Source of the DNA: an uncultured Chloroflexia bacterium
GTDB lineage: Bacteria; Chloroflexota; Limnocylindria; Limnocylindrales; CSP1-4
DNA: 64,000 nt
Direction: 5' to 3'
NCBI GenBank assembly: GCA_963736025.1
Contig: CAVTNH010000010.1
Coordinates: 2,322-66,321 of the forward strand
Numbering within the stretch: the stretch's first letter is position 1; the number at the start of each line of letters is the position of its first letter. This document shows, one piece after another, positions 52,427-61,073 of this stretch. The notes below the pieces were generated by a model, which searched no databases, had not been told where the DNA came from, and saw only the letters and a list, made by a program, of their open reading frames with translations. A program made the translations under genes and the position numbers.

Positions 52427-53011
52427 GTGTCCGATCCGTCCCCGACCGAGCGCCGCGCCGTGCGAGGGGCAGCCGAGCGGGCGGCCGACCACGCCAGCAT
52501 CGACCGCCTCGCGACCGAGCTGCTGCCCTCGCTGATGGCGAAGCTGGCGGCGACCGGCCTCGGCGAGCTCGAGGTCCGCGAGGGCGCCTGGAAGGTGCGG
52601 CTGCGCCGCCCCGTGGATGGCGCGCCGGGTCGCGAGCGCAAGGCCGAGCGATCCGGGCGGAGCGCGGGCGGGCACGGGCATGCGGGCGGCGCGACCGGCC
52701 TCACCCCGGTCGGGCCCGGTCGGGACGAGCGTGACGGACGAGACGGCCATGCCGGCGCCGACAGCCGGCGCGTCGTCGCAACCTCGCCTGCCGTCGGCAT
52801 CTTCCAGCCCCGCCAGGAGACCAAGACGGGCACCCGGGTGCGCGCCGGCGACCGCCTCGGCGGCATCGACGTGCTCGGCGTCTCCCAGGAGGTCGTCGCA
52901 CCGGTCGATGGCGTCGTCGGCGCCAGCCTGGTCGAATCGGGCGACGCGGTCGAGTACGGCCAGGAGCTGATCGTCATCGAGCTGGCCATGGCGCCGGCCT
53001 CGGACGGCTGA
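52427..53011 (+). CDS. BCCP-like biotinyl-domain protein lacking the biotinylated lysine
   Basis: BCCP N-terminal region (GLGELEVREGAWKVRLRR) and a C-terminal domain, SPAVGIF...AGDRLGGIDVLGVSQEVVAPVDGVVGASLVESGDAVEYGQELIVIE. DVLGV occupies the place of EAMKM. Confidence 0.75.
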   Translation: MSDPSPTERRAVRGAAERAADHASIDRLATELLPSLMAKLAATGLGELEVREGAWKVRLRRPVDGAPGRERKAERSGRSAGGHGHAGGATGLTPVGPGRDERDGRDGHAGADSRRVVATSPAVGIFQPRQETKTGTRVRAGDRLGGIDVLGVSQEVVAPVDGVVGASLVESGDAVEYGQELIVIELAMAPASDG

Positions 53012-53013
53012 GC

Positions 53014-54384
53014 GTGTTCCGCAAGATCCTCATCGCCAACCGCGGCGAGATCGCGCTCCGGATCCTGCGCGCCTGCCGGACGCTGGACGTCGAGGCGGTC
53101 GTCGCCTACAGCGAGGCGGATCGCGATTCGCTCCCGGTGCTGCTCGCCGACGAGGCCATCTGCATCGGTCCCGCCGATGCCACGCGGTCGTACCTCTCGG
53201 CGCCGGCGGTCATCTCGGCCGCGCTCGTGACCGGCTCCGATGCCATCCACCCGGGCTACGGCTTCCTCTCGGAGGACGAGGCCTTCGCGGAGGTCGTCGC
53301 CGCGCACGGGCTGACGTTCATCGGGCCATCGGCCGGCGTGCTGGAGCGCTTCGCGAGCAAGGAGGGCACCCGCCGCCTGCTCGGCGAGCACGGCCTGCCG
53401 ACGATCCCCGGCTCCGACGGCATGCTGCGCGACGACATGCACGCGCTCGGCGAGGCGGAGCGGATCGGCTACCCGGTCCTCATCAAGCCCTCGGCCGGCG
53501 GCGGTGGCAAGGGCATGCGCATGGTCCGCACGCCACGCGAGCTCGAATCGGTCCTGCGGGTCTGCCGGTCCGAGGCGAAGGCGGCCTTCGGCGACGATTC
53601 GCTCTACCTCGAGAAGTGGCTCGACGAGAACCGCCACGTCGAGGTCCAGGTCGCGGTCGACCGCTACGGCCACGGCGTCCACCTCGGCGAGCGCGACTGC
53701 TCGGTCCAGCGGCGCCACCAGAAGATCCTCGAGGAGGCGCCGACGCCGGCCCTGTCCGAGGCGGCCCGCGCCGACCTCGCCGAGCGTGCCATCAAGGCGT
53801 CGGTCGCGGCCGGCTACGAGAACGTCGGCACGCTCGAGTTCCTCGTGGACCGGACCGGCAACTTCTACTTCATCGAGATCAACTGCCGGATCCAGGTCGA
53901 GCACCCGGTGACGGAGATGCTCACCGGCATCGACATCGTCACCACCCAGATCCGGATCGCGGCCGGCGAGCCCCTCGGCTTCAGCCAGGCCGACGTCGCG
54001 TTCAACGGCCACGTCATCGAGTTCCGGATCAACGCCGAGGATCCCTCGGAGGAGTTCCGGCCGGGCGCCGGCGTCGTCGAGCGGTACCACGCCCCGGGGG
54101 GCCCGGGCGTGCGCATGGACTCGCACCTGTACACCGGCTACGAGGTGCCGCCCTACTACGATTCGCTCCTGGGCAAGCTCCTCGTCTGGGGTCCGGACCG
54201 GGCGACGGCGATCGCCCGCGGACGCGTCGCACTCGACGAGCTGGTCGTTGACGGCCTGGTCACCAACGTGGCCATCCACCGGGCCCTTCTCGCCAACGAG
54301 AGCTTCCTCGAGGGCAAGTTCACGACCAACCTGCTGGACCGCGTCGGGGGCGCCGCGATCCTGGCGGCCGCCGCCCGAGCGTGA
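53014..54384 (+). CDS. accC: acetyl-CoA carboxylase biotin carboxylase subunit
   Basis: KILIANRGEIALRI, the ATP-grasp loop GGGGKGMR, and EINCRIQVEHPVTE. Confidence 0.95.
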   Translation: MFRKILIANRGEIALRILRACRTLDVEAVVAYSEADRDSLPVLLADEAICIGPADATRSYLSAPAVISAALVTGSDAIHPGYGFLSEDEAFAEVVAAHGLTFIGPSAGVLERFASKEGTRRLLGEHGLPTIPGSDGMLRDDMHALGEAERIGYPVLIKPSAGGGGKGMRMVRTPRELESVLRVCRSEAKAAFGDDSLYLEKWLDENRHVEVQVAVDRYGHGVHLGERDCSVQRRHQKILEEAPTPALSEAARADLAERAIKASVAAGYENVGTLEFLVDRTGNFYFIEINCRIQVEHPVTEMLTGIDIVTTQIRIAAGEPLGFSQADVAFNGHVIEFRINAEDPSEEFRPGAGVVERYHAPGGPGVRMDSHLYTGYEVPPYYDSLLGKLLVWGPDRATAIARGRVALDELVVDGLVTNVAIHRALLANESFLEGKFTTNLLDRVGGAAILAAAARA

Positions 54385-54482
54385 TCGCCGATCCCGCGCC
54401 GCGATGCAGACCTGCACACACCCTGTCGCTCGGCGCGACCCCGAGCGGCCAGACTTGACGCTCACATGACCTGGAGCCGCCG

Positions 54483-54530
54483 ATGACCGACGCCCCGACC
54501 GACGCCATGACCGACGCCCCGACCGGGGCG
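54483..54530 (+). repeat. 24-nt tandem duplication of the fabZ start (ATGACCGACGCCCCGACCG... twice)
   Basis: Positions 54483-54501 are identical to 54507-54525, which gives MTDAPTDAMTDAPTGA. Confidence 0.8.
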
Positions 54531-54995
54531 GCTGCGGCCGCGCCCACCACGATCCACTCGTCCCGGGAGATCGAGGCGCTGATCCCGCATCGCTGGCCGT
54601 TCCTGCTCGTGGACCGGATCGTCGAGTACGACGCGGCCGCCCAGCGCATCGTCGGGCTCAAGGCCGTGACCGCCACGGAGTGGTTCTTCGGCGGCCACTT
54701 CCCGGGGCTGCCGGTCATGCCCGGCGTCCTCCAGGTCGAGGCGCTCGCCCAGACGATGGCCGTGTACGTCGCCAAGCAGCCCGGCTTCGGCGACCGGATC
54801 GGGCTCTTCGCGGGCATCGACGAGACGCGCTTCAAGCGCATCGTCGTGCCGGGCGACACGCTCCGCCTCGAGGTCACGATGGAGAAGCTCGGCGGCCGGT
54901 TCGGACGCGGCCGGGGCGTCGCGAGCGTCGATGGCGAGGTCGCCTGCCAGACGACCATCTCGTTCATCATCCCGGGCGAGGGGGCGCTGCGGTGA
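54483..54995 (+). CDS. fabZ: 3-hydroxyacyl-ACP dehydratase
   Basis: LIPHRWPFLLVDRI and HFPGLPVMPGVLQVEALAQ. The first 24 nt are tandemly duplicated. Confidence 0.9.
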   Translation: MTDAPTDAMTDAPTGAAAAAPTTIHSSREIEALIPHRWPFLLVDRIVEYDAAAQRIVGLKAVTATEWFFGGHFPGLPVMPGVLQVEALAQTMAVYVAKQPGFGDRIGLFAGIDETRFKRIVVPGDTLRLEVTMEKLGGRFGRGRGVASVDGEVACQTTISFIIPGEGALR

Positions 54996-55738
54996 CCCGC
55001 ATGGCGATCCTCTCCGACGTCCACGGCAATGCCGTCGCGCTCGACGCGGTGCGCAAGGCGATCCGGTCCGCCCGGCCCGACGTCGTGGGTGTCGGCGGCG
55101 ACCTCGTGTTCAACGGACCCGATCCGGCGGCCGCCGTCGACACGTTGCGCGAGATGGAATCCGACGGCGCCATGATCGTGTCGGGCAACACGGACATCGC
55201 GGTGGCCGACTTCGACTACGCGGCGGCGTTCCCGTGGATGACCGACGGGGTCCCCGACACGTTGCGCGAGGCGGCCGAGTGGGCCCACGACGCCCTCGGC
55301 GACGAACGGGTCGCCTGGCTTCGCCGGCTCCCGGCCGAGCGCCGGATCCACGCCGAGGACGGCACGATGGTCCTGCTGTGTCATGCGTCGCCGGGATCGC
55401 AGACCGCCGGCTTCGACCAGGTCCTCGATGCGAACGTCACCCTCGAGCGGGCCGCCCGCACCGAAGCCCGCGTCATCGCCTGCGGCCACACCCACCTGCC
55501 CGAGGTGCGCGACCTCGGCTGGAAGCTCATCGTCAACGACGGGTCGGCCGGCTACGTCTTCGACGGCGACCCGACGGCGTCATGGGCGCTGATCGACTGC
55601 GTCGATGGCGTGGTCACCACCGAGATCAAGCGGACCGAGTTCGACACGCTCACGGTCGCCAACGCGATCTCCGAGCGCGGCCTGCCGGGCGACGTCTACC
55701 GGGCCGCCACGGTCCGCACGGGCAAGCTCGTCCGATGA
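54992..55738 (+). CDS. metallophosphoesterase (YfcE/MJ0936-like)
   Basis: ILSDVHGN, GGDLVFNGPD, SGNTD, and ACGHTH. The start overlaps the fabZ stop and the stop overlaps the fabF start. Confidence 0.8.
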   Translation: MTRMAILSDVHGNAVALDAVRKAIRSARPDVVGVGGDLVFNGPDPAAAVDTLREMESDGAMIVSGNTDIAVADFDYAAAFPWMTDGVPDTLREAAEWAHDALGDERVAWLRRLPAERRIHAEDGTMVLLCHASPGSQTAGFDQVLDANVTLERAARTEARVIACGHTHLPEVRDLGWKLIVNDGSAGYVFDGDPTASWALIDCVDGVVTTEIKRTEFDTLTVANAISERGLPGDVYRAATVRTGKLVR

Positions 55739-56991
55739 GCGACCGCCGCCGCGTCGTCGTGACCGGGATGGGCGCGCTGACCGCGCTCGGCAACGACGTG
55801 GCATCCACCTGGGAGGGTCTCGTCGCGGGCCGGTCCGGGGTGCGGACGATCGATTCGTTCGATCCGTCCCGCCTGAGCTCGCGCGTCGCCGCCGAGGTGC
55901 GCGACTTCGACGCCAGCCACGTGCTCGACCGCAAGGACCTGCGCCGGACCGATCGGTACATCCAGTTCGGCCTGGTGGCGGCGCGCGAGGCGCTCGACCA
56001 GGCGGGCCTGCCGGAACGCTTCGAGGGCGAGCTCGCCGAGCGGACCGGCGTCGTCCTGGGCACGGGCCTCGGCGGTGTCGGGACGCTGATCGACGGGTTC
56101 TCGATCAATGCGCTGCGCGGCCCCGACCGCATCAGCCCGTTCCTGATCCCGATGGGCATCCCGAACATCGGGGCCGGCCAGATCGCGATCAACTTCGGGA
56201 TGACCGGGCCGAACTTCACGACCGTGTCCGCGTGCGCGACCGGCGGCCACGCCCTGGGCGAATCGTCGGAGATCATCCGGCGCGGGGACGCCGACATCAT
56301 GGTCGCCGGCGGCGCCGAGGCGGGCATCTACGAGGCTCTCGTCGGCGGGTTCGCCTCGATGCGTGCCCTGTCCACCCGGAACGACGACCCCGAGGGCGCA
56401 TCGCGCCCGTTCGACGGCGGACGCGACGGGTTCGTCATCGGGGAGGGAGCCGGGGTCGTGGTCCTCGAGGCGCTCGAGCACGCCGAGGCCCGCGGCGCGA
56501 CGATCCTCGCCGAGCTCGTCGGCTACGGGGCGACGGCCGACGCCTCGCACATCACGCTGCCGGCGCCAGGCGGGATCGGCGCGGTGCGGGCCGCGCGACG
56601 GGCGCTCGAGAAGGCCGGGCTGACGCCCGCGGACCTCGACCACGTGAACGCCCACGCGACCTCGACGCCCGAGGGCGACAAGGCCGAGCTCCAGGCGATG
56701 AAGACGATCCTGGGCGAGGACGCCGGCCGCGTCTCGATCACGGCCAACAAGAGCATGCTCGGCCACACGCTCGGGGCGGCGGGCGCGATCGAGGCCATCG
56801 TGACGGTCATGACGATCCGCGACGGCTGCGTGCCGCCGACGATCAACCTGGTCGACCCGGACCCGGAGGCCGAGGGTCTCGACCTCACGCCGAACCGGGC
56901 CGCCCGACGGGACGTCCGGACAGCGATCAGCAACTCGTTCGGGTTCGGGGGCCAGAACACGGCCCTGATCTTCCGGCGGTGGGATGCATGA
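55735..56991 (+). CDS. fabF: beta-ketoacyl-ACP synthase II
   Basis: VVVTGMG, active-site Cys in TVSACATG, NAHATSTPEGD, and NSFGFGGQN. Confidence 0.95.
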   Translation: MSDRRRVVVTGMGALTALGNDVASTWEGLVAGRSGVRTIDSFDPSRLSSRVAAEVRDFDASHVLDRKDLRRTDRYIQFGLVAAREALDQAGLPERFEGELAERTGVVLGTGLGGVGTLIDGFSINALRGPDRISPFLIPMGIPNIGAGQIAINFGMTGPNFTTVSACATGGHALGESSEIIRRGDADIMVAGGAEAGIYEALVGGFASMRALSTRNDDPEGASRPFDGGRDGFVIGEGAGVVVLEALEHAEARGATILAELVGYGATADASHITLPAPGGIGAVRAARRALEKAGLTPADLDHVNAHATSTPEGDKAELQAMKTILGEDAGRVSITANKSMLGHTLGAAGAIEAIVTVMTIRDGCVPPTINLVDPDPEAEGLDLTPNRAARRDVRTAISNSFGFGGQNTALIFRRWDA

Positions 56992-57547
56992 CCGACGACA
57001 CGAGCCGGCCGGCCGGTCCGCCTGACGAGGCGGCCGCCGCAGCCGCGCCCCCGCCCGAGCCGACGCCGCGTGACGATGCCGACGTCCAGCTCCTGGGCCT
57101 CATCGACCGTCTGGCCGACCTGCTCGACCGCTCGGACCTCGCCGAGCTGGAGGTCGAGGCGGGCGGGACCGGGCTCGTGCTGCGCAAGCCGTCGGCGGTC
57201 CAGGCGGCCCCGGGCGCCGGGGCAGCCGGCCGCCAGCAGCCTCGCCCGCCGCAGCCGGCACCCCCGGCGAGCCGCAGACCGCGGGTCGCGACCCGGCCGC
57301 TCTGGCGCGCCCGTCGGTCAAGGCCCCGCTGACCGGGATCTTCTACGCCTCGCCGGCACCGGGTTCCGGGCCGTACGTGCAGGCCGGCGGGGAGATCGCG
57401 GTCGGGCAGATCGTCGGCCTCATCGAGGCCATGAAGCTGTTCAACGAGATCAAGTCGGACCTTGCCGGCCGCGTGATCCGGGTCATCCCCGAGAGCGGCA
57501 CGCTGGTCAAGGCCAAGCAACCCCTGGTGGAGGTGGAGCCGCTGTGA
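56988..57547 (+). pseudogene. accB: biotin carboxyl carrier protein (canonical, EAMK present), one frame change around 57220-57300
   Basis: N-terminus LIDRLADLLDRSDLAELEVEAGGTGLVLRK in one frame. C-terminus VKAPLTGIFYASPAPGSGPYVQAGGEIAVGQIVGLIEAMKLFNEIKSDLAGRVIRV...VEVEPL* in another frame. Confidence 0.8.
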
Positions 57548-58740
57548 GTCAGGTCCCGCGCTACGCCCACGTCACGGGCTGGGGCCGCTACGCCCCTTCG
57601 CAGGTGCTGACGAACCACGACCTCGAGAAGATGGTCGACACGTCCGACGAGTGGATCGTGAGCCGGACCGGGATCCGCGAGCGGCGGGTGGCGGCGGCCC
57701 ACGAGACCACCGCGTCGATGGCGTCGGTCGCCGCGATGCGGGCGATCCGGACGGCCGGCATCGACCCCGACGAGATCGACCTGATCCTGCTCGCGACGCT
57801 CACCCCCGACTACTGGATGCCCTCGACGGCCGCCCTCGTCAAGGAGGCCATCGGCAATACGCGCGCGGCGGCGATGGACGTCGCGGCCGCCTGCTCGGGC
57901 TTCGTGTACGCGTACTCGACCGCGCACGCCTACATCACGAGCGGGCTGGCCAGGCACGTGCTGGTCATCGGGGCGGAGCTGCTGACGCGGTTCCTCGACT
58001 ACACCGACCGGAACACCTGCATCCTGTTCGGCGACGGTGCCGGCGCGGTCGTGCTCTCGGCGTCGGACGAGCCCGGCGGCGGCCTCGGCATCGAGCTCAC
58101 GACCGAGCCCCAGGGCGCGTACATGATCTGGCTGCCCGCGGGCGGGGCGAAGAGCCCGCCGTCGGCGGAGACCATCGCGCGGGGCGAGCACTACATCCGG
58201 ATGGAGGGCAAGGAGACGTACCGGTTCGCCACGCGGACCCTCGCCTCGACCGCGCTCGCCGCGATCCAGCGAGCCGGGCTGGAGCCCGCCGACATCGACC
58301 TGTTCATCCCGCACCAGGCCAACATCCGGATCATCGAGGCGGTCGCCAAGGGCCTCGACCTGCCGATGGAGCGGATGTTCGTCAACCTCGACAAGTACGG
58401 GAACACCTCGGCCGCGTCCGTGCCGATGGCGCTGGCGGAGGCCGTCAACGGCGGCCGCATCAAGATCGGCGACCGGATCGTCATCGTCGCGTTCGGGGCC
58501 GGCTTCACGTCCGGCGCGGTCGCCATCGAGTGGACGGCCGACCCCGCCCGCGGGATCGCCGGCGACGCCGCGGTGCAGCCCGACGACGTCCACGTGCGCA
58601 TGCCCGTCGACTGGGACTCGGTCGACCCGATCCCCGATGCGCTCGCCGCGATCATGGCCCAGCCGGGTCCGGTCGACGTGCCGCTCGACGACGTCGTGCC
58701 GGGCGAGCCCGAGCCGAGGGAGAGGAAGGTCCACGCATGA
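57544..58740 (+). CDS. fabH: beta-ketoacyl-ACP synthase III with a ~65-aa acidic C-terminal extension
   Basis: Active-site AAACSGF, HQANIRI, and GNTSAAS. The tail TADPARGIAGD...EPEPRERKVHA runs up to the ATGA overlap with fabG. Confidence 0.9.
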   Translation: MSQVPRYAHVTGWGRYAPSQVLTNHDLEKMVDTSDEWIVSRTGIRERRVAAAHETTASMASVAAMRAIRTAGIDPDEIDLILLATLTPDYWMPSTAALVKEAIGNTRAAAMDVAAACSGFVYAYSTAHAYITSGLARHVLVIGAELLTRFLDYTDRNTCILFGDGAGAVVLSASDEPGGGLGIELTTEPQGAYMIWLPAGGAKSPPSAETIARGEHYIRMEGKETYRFATRTLASTALAAIQRAGLEPADIDLFIPHQANIRIIEAVAKGLDLPMERMFVNLDKYGNTSAASVPMALAEAVNGGRIKIGDRIVIVAFGAGFTSGAVAIEWTADPARGIAGDAAVQPDDVHVRMPVDWDSVDPIPDALAAIMAQPGPVDVPLDDVVPGEPEPRERKVHA

Positions 58741-59486
58741 TCGACCTGACCGGCAAGGCGGGACTCGTGACGGGCGGCTCGCGCGGCATCGGGCGGGGGA
58801 TCGTGACCCGGCTCGCGACCCAGGGCGCGGACGTGGCGTTCACGTACCGCGGCAACGAGGCGGCCGCGGCCGAGACCGTGGCGATCGTCGAGGGCCTCGG
58901 CCGCAAGGCCGTCGCCATCCAGGGCGACGTGCGCGACCCGGCCTCGGCCGAGGCGGCGGTCAAGGCCGCGATCGATGCCTACGGGCGGATCGACATCCTC
59001 GTCAACAACGCGGGCGTCACCCGCGACGACCTCATCATGCGGATGAGCGAGGAGGCCTGGCGCGAGGTCCTCGAGACGAACCTGTTCGGGGCGTTCTGGA
59101 TGACCAAGGCGGTCACCCGGCCGATGCTGAAGGCGCGCGCCGGGCGGATCGTCAACATCACGTCCGTGTCCGGCCAGGCCGGCCAGATGGGCCAGGCCAA
59201 CTACAGCGCCGCGAAGGCCGGCCTGATCGGCCTGACGAAGGCGACGGCCCGGGAGCTCGCGTCACGGGGCATCACGGTCAACGCGGTCGCGCCGGGCTTC
59301 GTCCTGACCGAGCTGACCCAGGACCTGCCGCAGCCGCTCCTCGACGAGATCACGAGCCGCACGCCGCTCGGCCGCTTCGGGACCACCGAGGAGGTCGCGA
59401 GCGCCGTCGCGTTCCTCGCATCCGACGATGCCGCCTACATCACGGGCCAGGTCCTGGCCGTGGACGGCGGCCTCGTCATGATGTGA
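58737..59486 (+). CDS. fabG: 3-oxoacyl-ACP reductase
   Basis: TGGSRGIG, NNAG, and the catalytic YSAAK. Confidence 0.95.
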   Translation: MIDLTGKAGLVTGGSRGIGRGIVTRLATQGADVAFTYRGNEAAAAETVAIVEGLGRKAVAIQGDVRDPASAEAAVKAAIDAYGRIDILVNNAGVTRDDLIMRMSEEAWREVLETNLFGAFWMTKAVTRPMLKARAGRIVNITSVSGQAGQMGQANYSAAKAGLIGLTKATARELASRGITVNAVAPGFVLTELTQDLPQPLLDEITSRTPLGRFGTTEEVASAVAFLASDDAAYITGQVLAVDGGLVMM

Positions 59487-59527
59487 CCTGAGGGACGGCG
59501 CCGCTCCCCGCGCCCCGTCGGGCGACC

Positions 59528-59542
59528 TTGCATCGGATGCAA
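59528..59542. promoter_or_regulatory. perfect 7-1-7 palindrome TTGCATCGGATGCAA, candidate operator
   Basis: Read directly in the fabG / LCP intergenic region. Confidence 0.25.
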
Positions 59543-59652
59543 CGACCTGGGCCGTTCGCGCGTCACATGCAACGGACGGTCTCCGGCCGTGCCGCAGACC
59601 ATTCCGGGCCGAGCCCGACCCCCCTCGAACGGGTCGAACGGGCATCTCATGC

Positions 59653-59658
59653 TAGACT
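59653..59658 (+). promoter_or_regulatory. candidate -10 box TAGACT (leaderless-type) for the LCP gene
   Basis: TAGACT lies 9 nt before TTG 59668. Confidence 0.35.
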
Positions 59659-59667
59659 CGCGCCGCT

Positions 59668-61066
59668 TTGCGTGACCCAGACACGGAGGGTCGGCAACGC
59701 CGATCCCCGTCCATCGCGACCTTCCTCTCCTTCCTGTGGCCCGGTCTCGGACAGTGGTATGCCGGGTCCGGTCGGAGCGCCGTCATCTTCGCCTTGCCGG
59801 TCGTGGCCGTGGCGCTGGTGGCGCTCGTCCAGGCGGCGGGCGGTGCGGCCAGCATCTTCCTGAGCCTCATCGACTCCTCGACGGCGCTGACGATCCTGGT
59901 CCTGATCGGCCTGCTCGGCCTCTGGCGCATCATCGCGATGGGCGACGCCCTGACCACGACCGACCGCCCCTCGTGGCGCCGACCGCAGCCGGTGGCGGTC
60001 TTTGCCGGCCTCGCACTCGTGGTGGTCGTGACGCACGTCGCGGCCGCGGGCTGGGTGTGGCGGTTCTATGACGCCGGCTCGCACATCTTCGTCGCCCAGG
60101 AGGGCCCGGATGTCAGCGGTCCCACGCCCGATCCGAGCGCGACCAGCCCGACGTCGGGGTACGTCGCGAGCCCGGTGGCCACGCCCGAGACCCGCGAGTC
60201 GCGCATCAACTTCCTGCTGACCGGCATCGACTCGTCCGAGACGCGCACGCACGCGCTGACGGACACGCTCATGGTCGTGAGCGTCGATCCCGAGACCGGC
60301 AAGGTCGCGATGGTCAGCTTCCCGCGCGACATCGCCCGCTTCCCGCTGTCGAACGGCAAGACCTTCGTCGGCAAGATCAACGGCCTGATGACCTACGCGA
60401 ACAACCACAAGAAGGAGTTCCCCGACGGCGGCCTGCCGACGCTCGTCAAGGAGCTCGGCTTCCTGCTCGGGATCCCGATCCACTACTACGCGTCCGTGGA
60501 CCTCGAGGGCTTCTCGAAGATGATCGACCGGGTCGGCGGGGTCACGATCGACAACCCGCGGGCCATCGACGATCCCTTCTACGGCGGCTGGACCGACAAG
60601 CGCGTCGGGCTTCCACCTCTCGAAGGGCAAGCACAAGCTCGACGGCGAGACCGCGCTCGCCTACGTCCGCTCGCGCAAGGGCGTCGGCGACAGCGACTTC
60701 TCGCGCGCCCGGCGCCAGCAGCAGCTGCTCGTCGCGCTCGAGCAGAAGCTGACCGACCCCAGCATGCTCCCGAAGCTGCCGGACATCCTCAACGACGCCA
60801 AGGACGCGCTGGTGACGAACTTCCCGCCCGACCGGCTCAGCGACATGCTCGCGGTCGCGCAGCGGGTCGACGACAAGAACATCACCCGCAAGGTCCTCAA
60901 CTCGATCACGACCCGGCCGCCGCTCAGCACGACCGGTGGGATCTACCTGCTCAAGCTCGACATGAAGAAGCTGGCCAAGCTGTCGGTCGACCTGTTCGGC
61001 GAGGACAGCCGCTACTACGTGCCGCCGGCGGCCTCGGGCGCATCGCCGTCACCCGCCGCCCCGTAG
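59668..61066 (+). pseudogene. LytR-CpsA-Psr (LCP) family cell-wall polymer ligase, one +1 shift near 60607
   Basis: N-terminal TM region (FLSFLWPGLGQ), then the LCP core INFLLTGIDS...TDTLMVVSVDP...MVSFPRD. After ...WTDKRVG it continues in ORF 60764.. (FHLSKGKHKLDGETALAYVRSRKGVGDSDFSRARRQQQLL). Confidence 0.8.
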
Positions 61067-61073
61067 GCGTCGC

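Noticed and set aside
50378-54465. Two long minus-strand ORFs (790 aa and 681 aa)
   Set aside because: They lie antisense to accDA, the BCCP-like gene and accC. They have no recognisable motifs and an Arg/Gly/Asp-rich composition.
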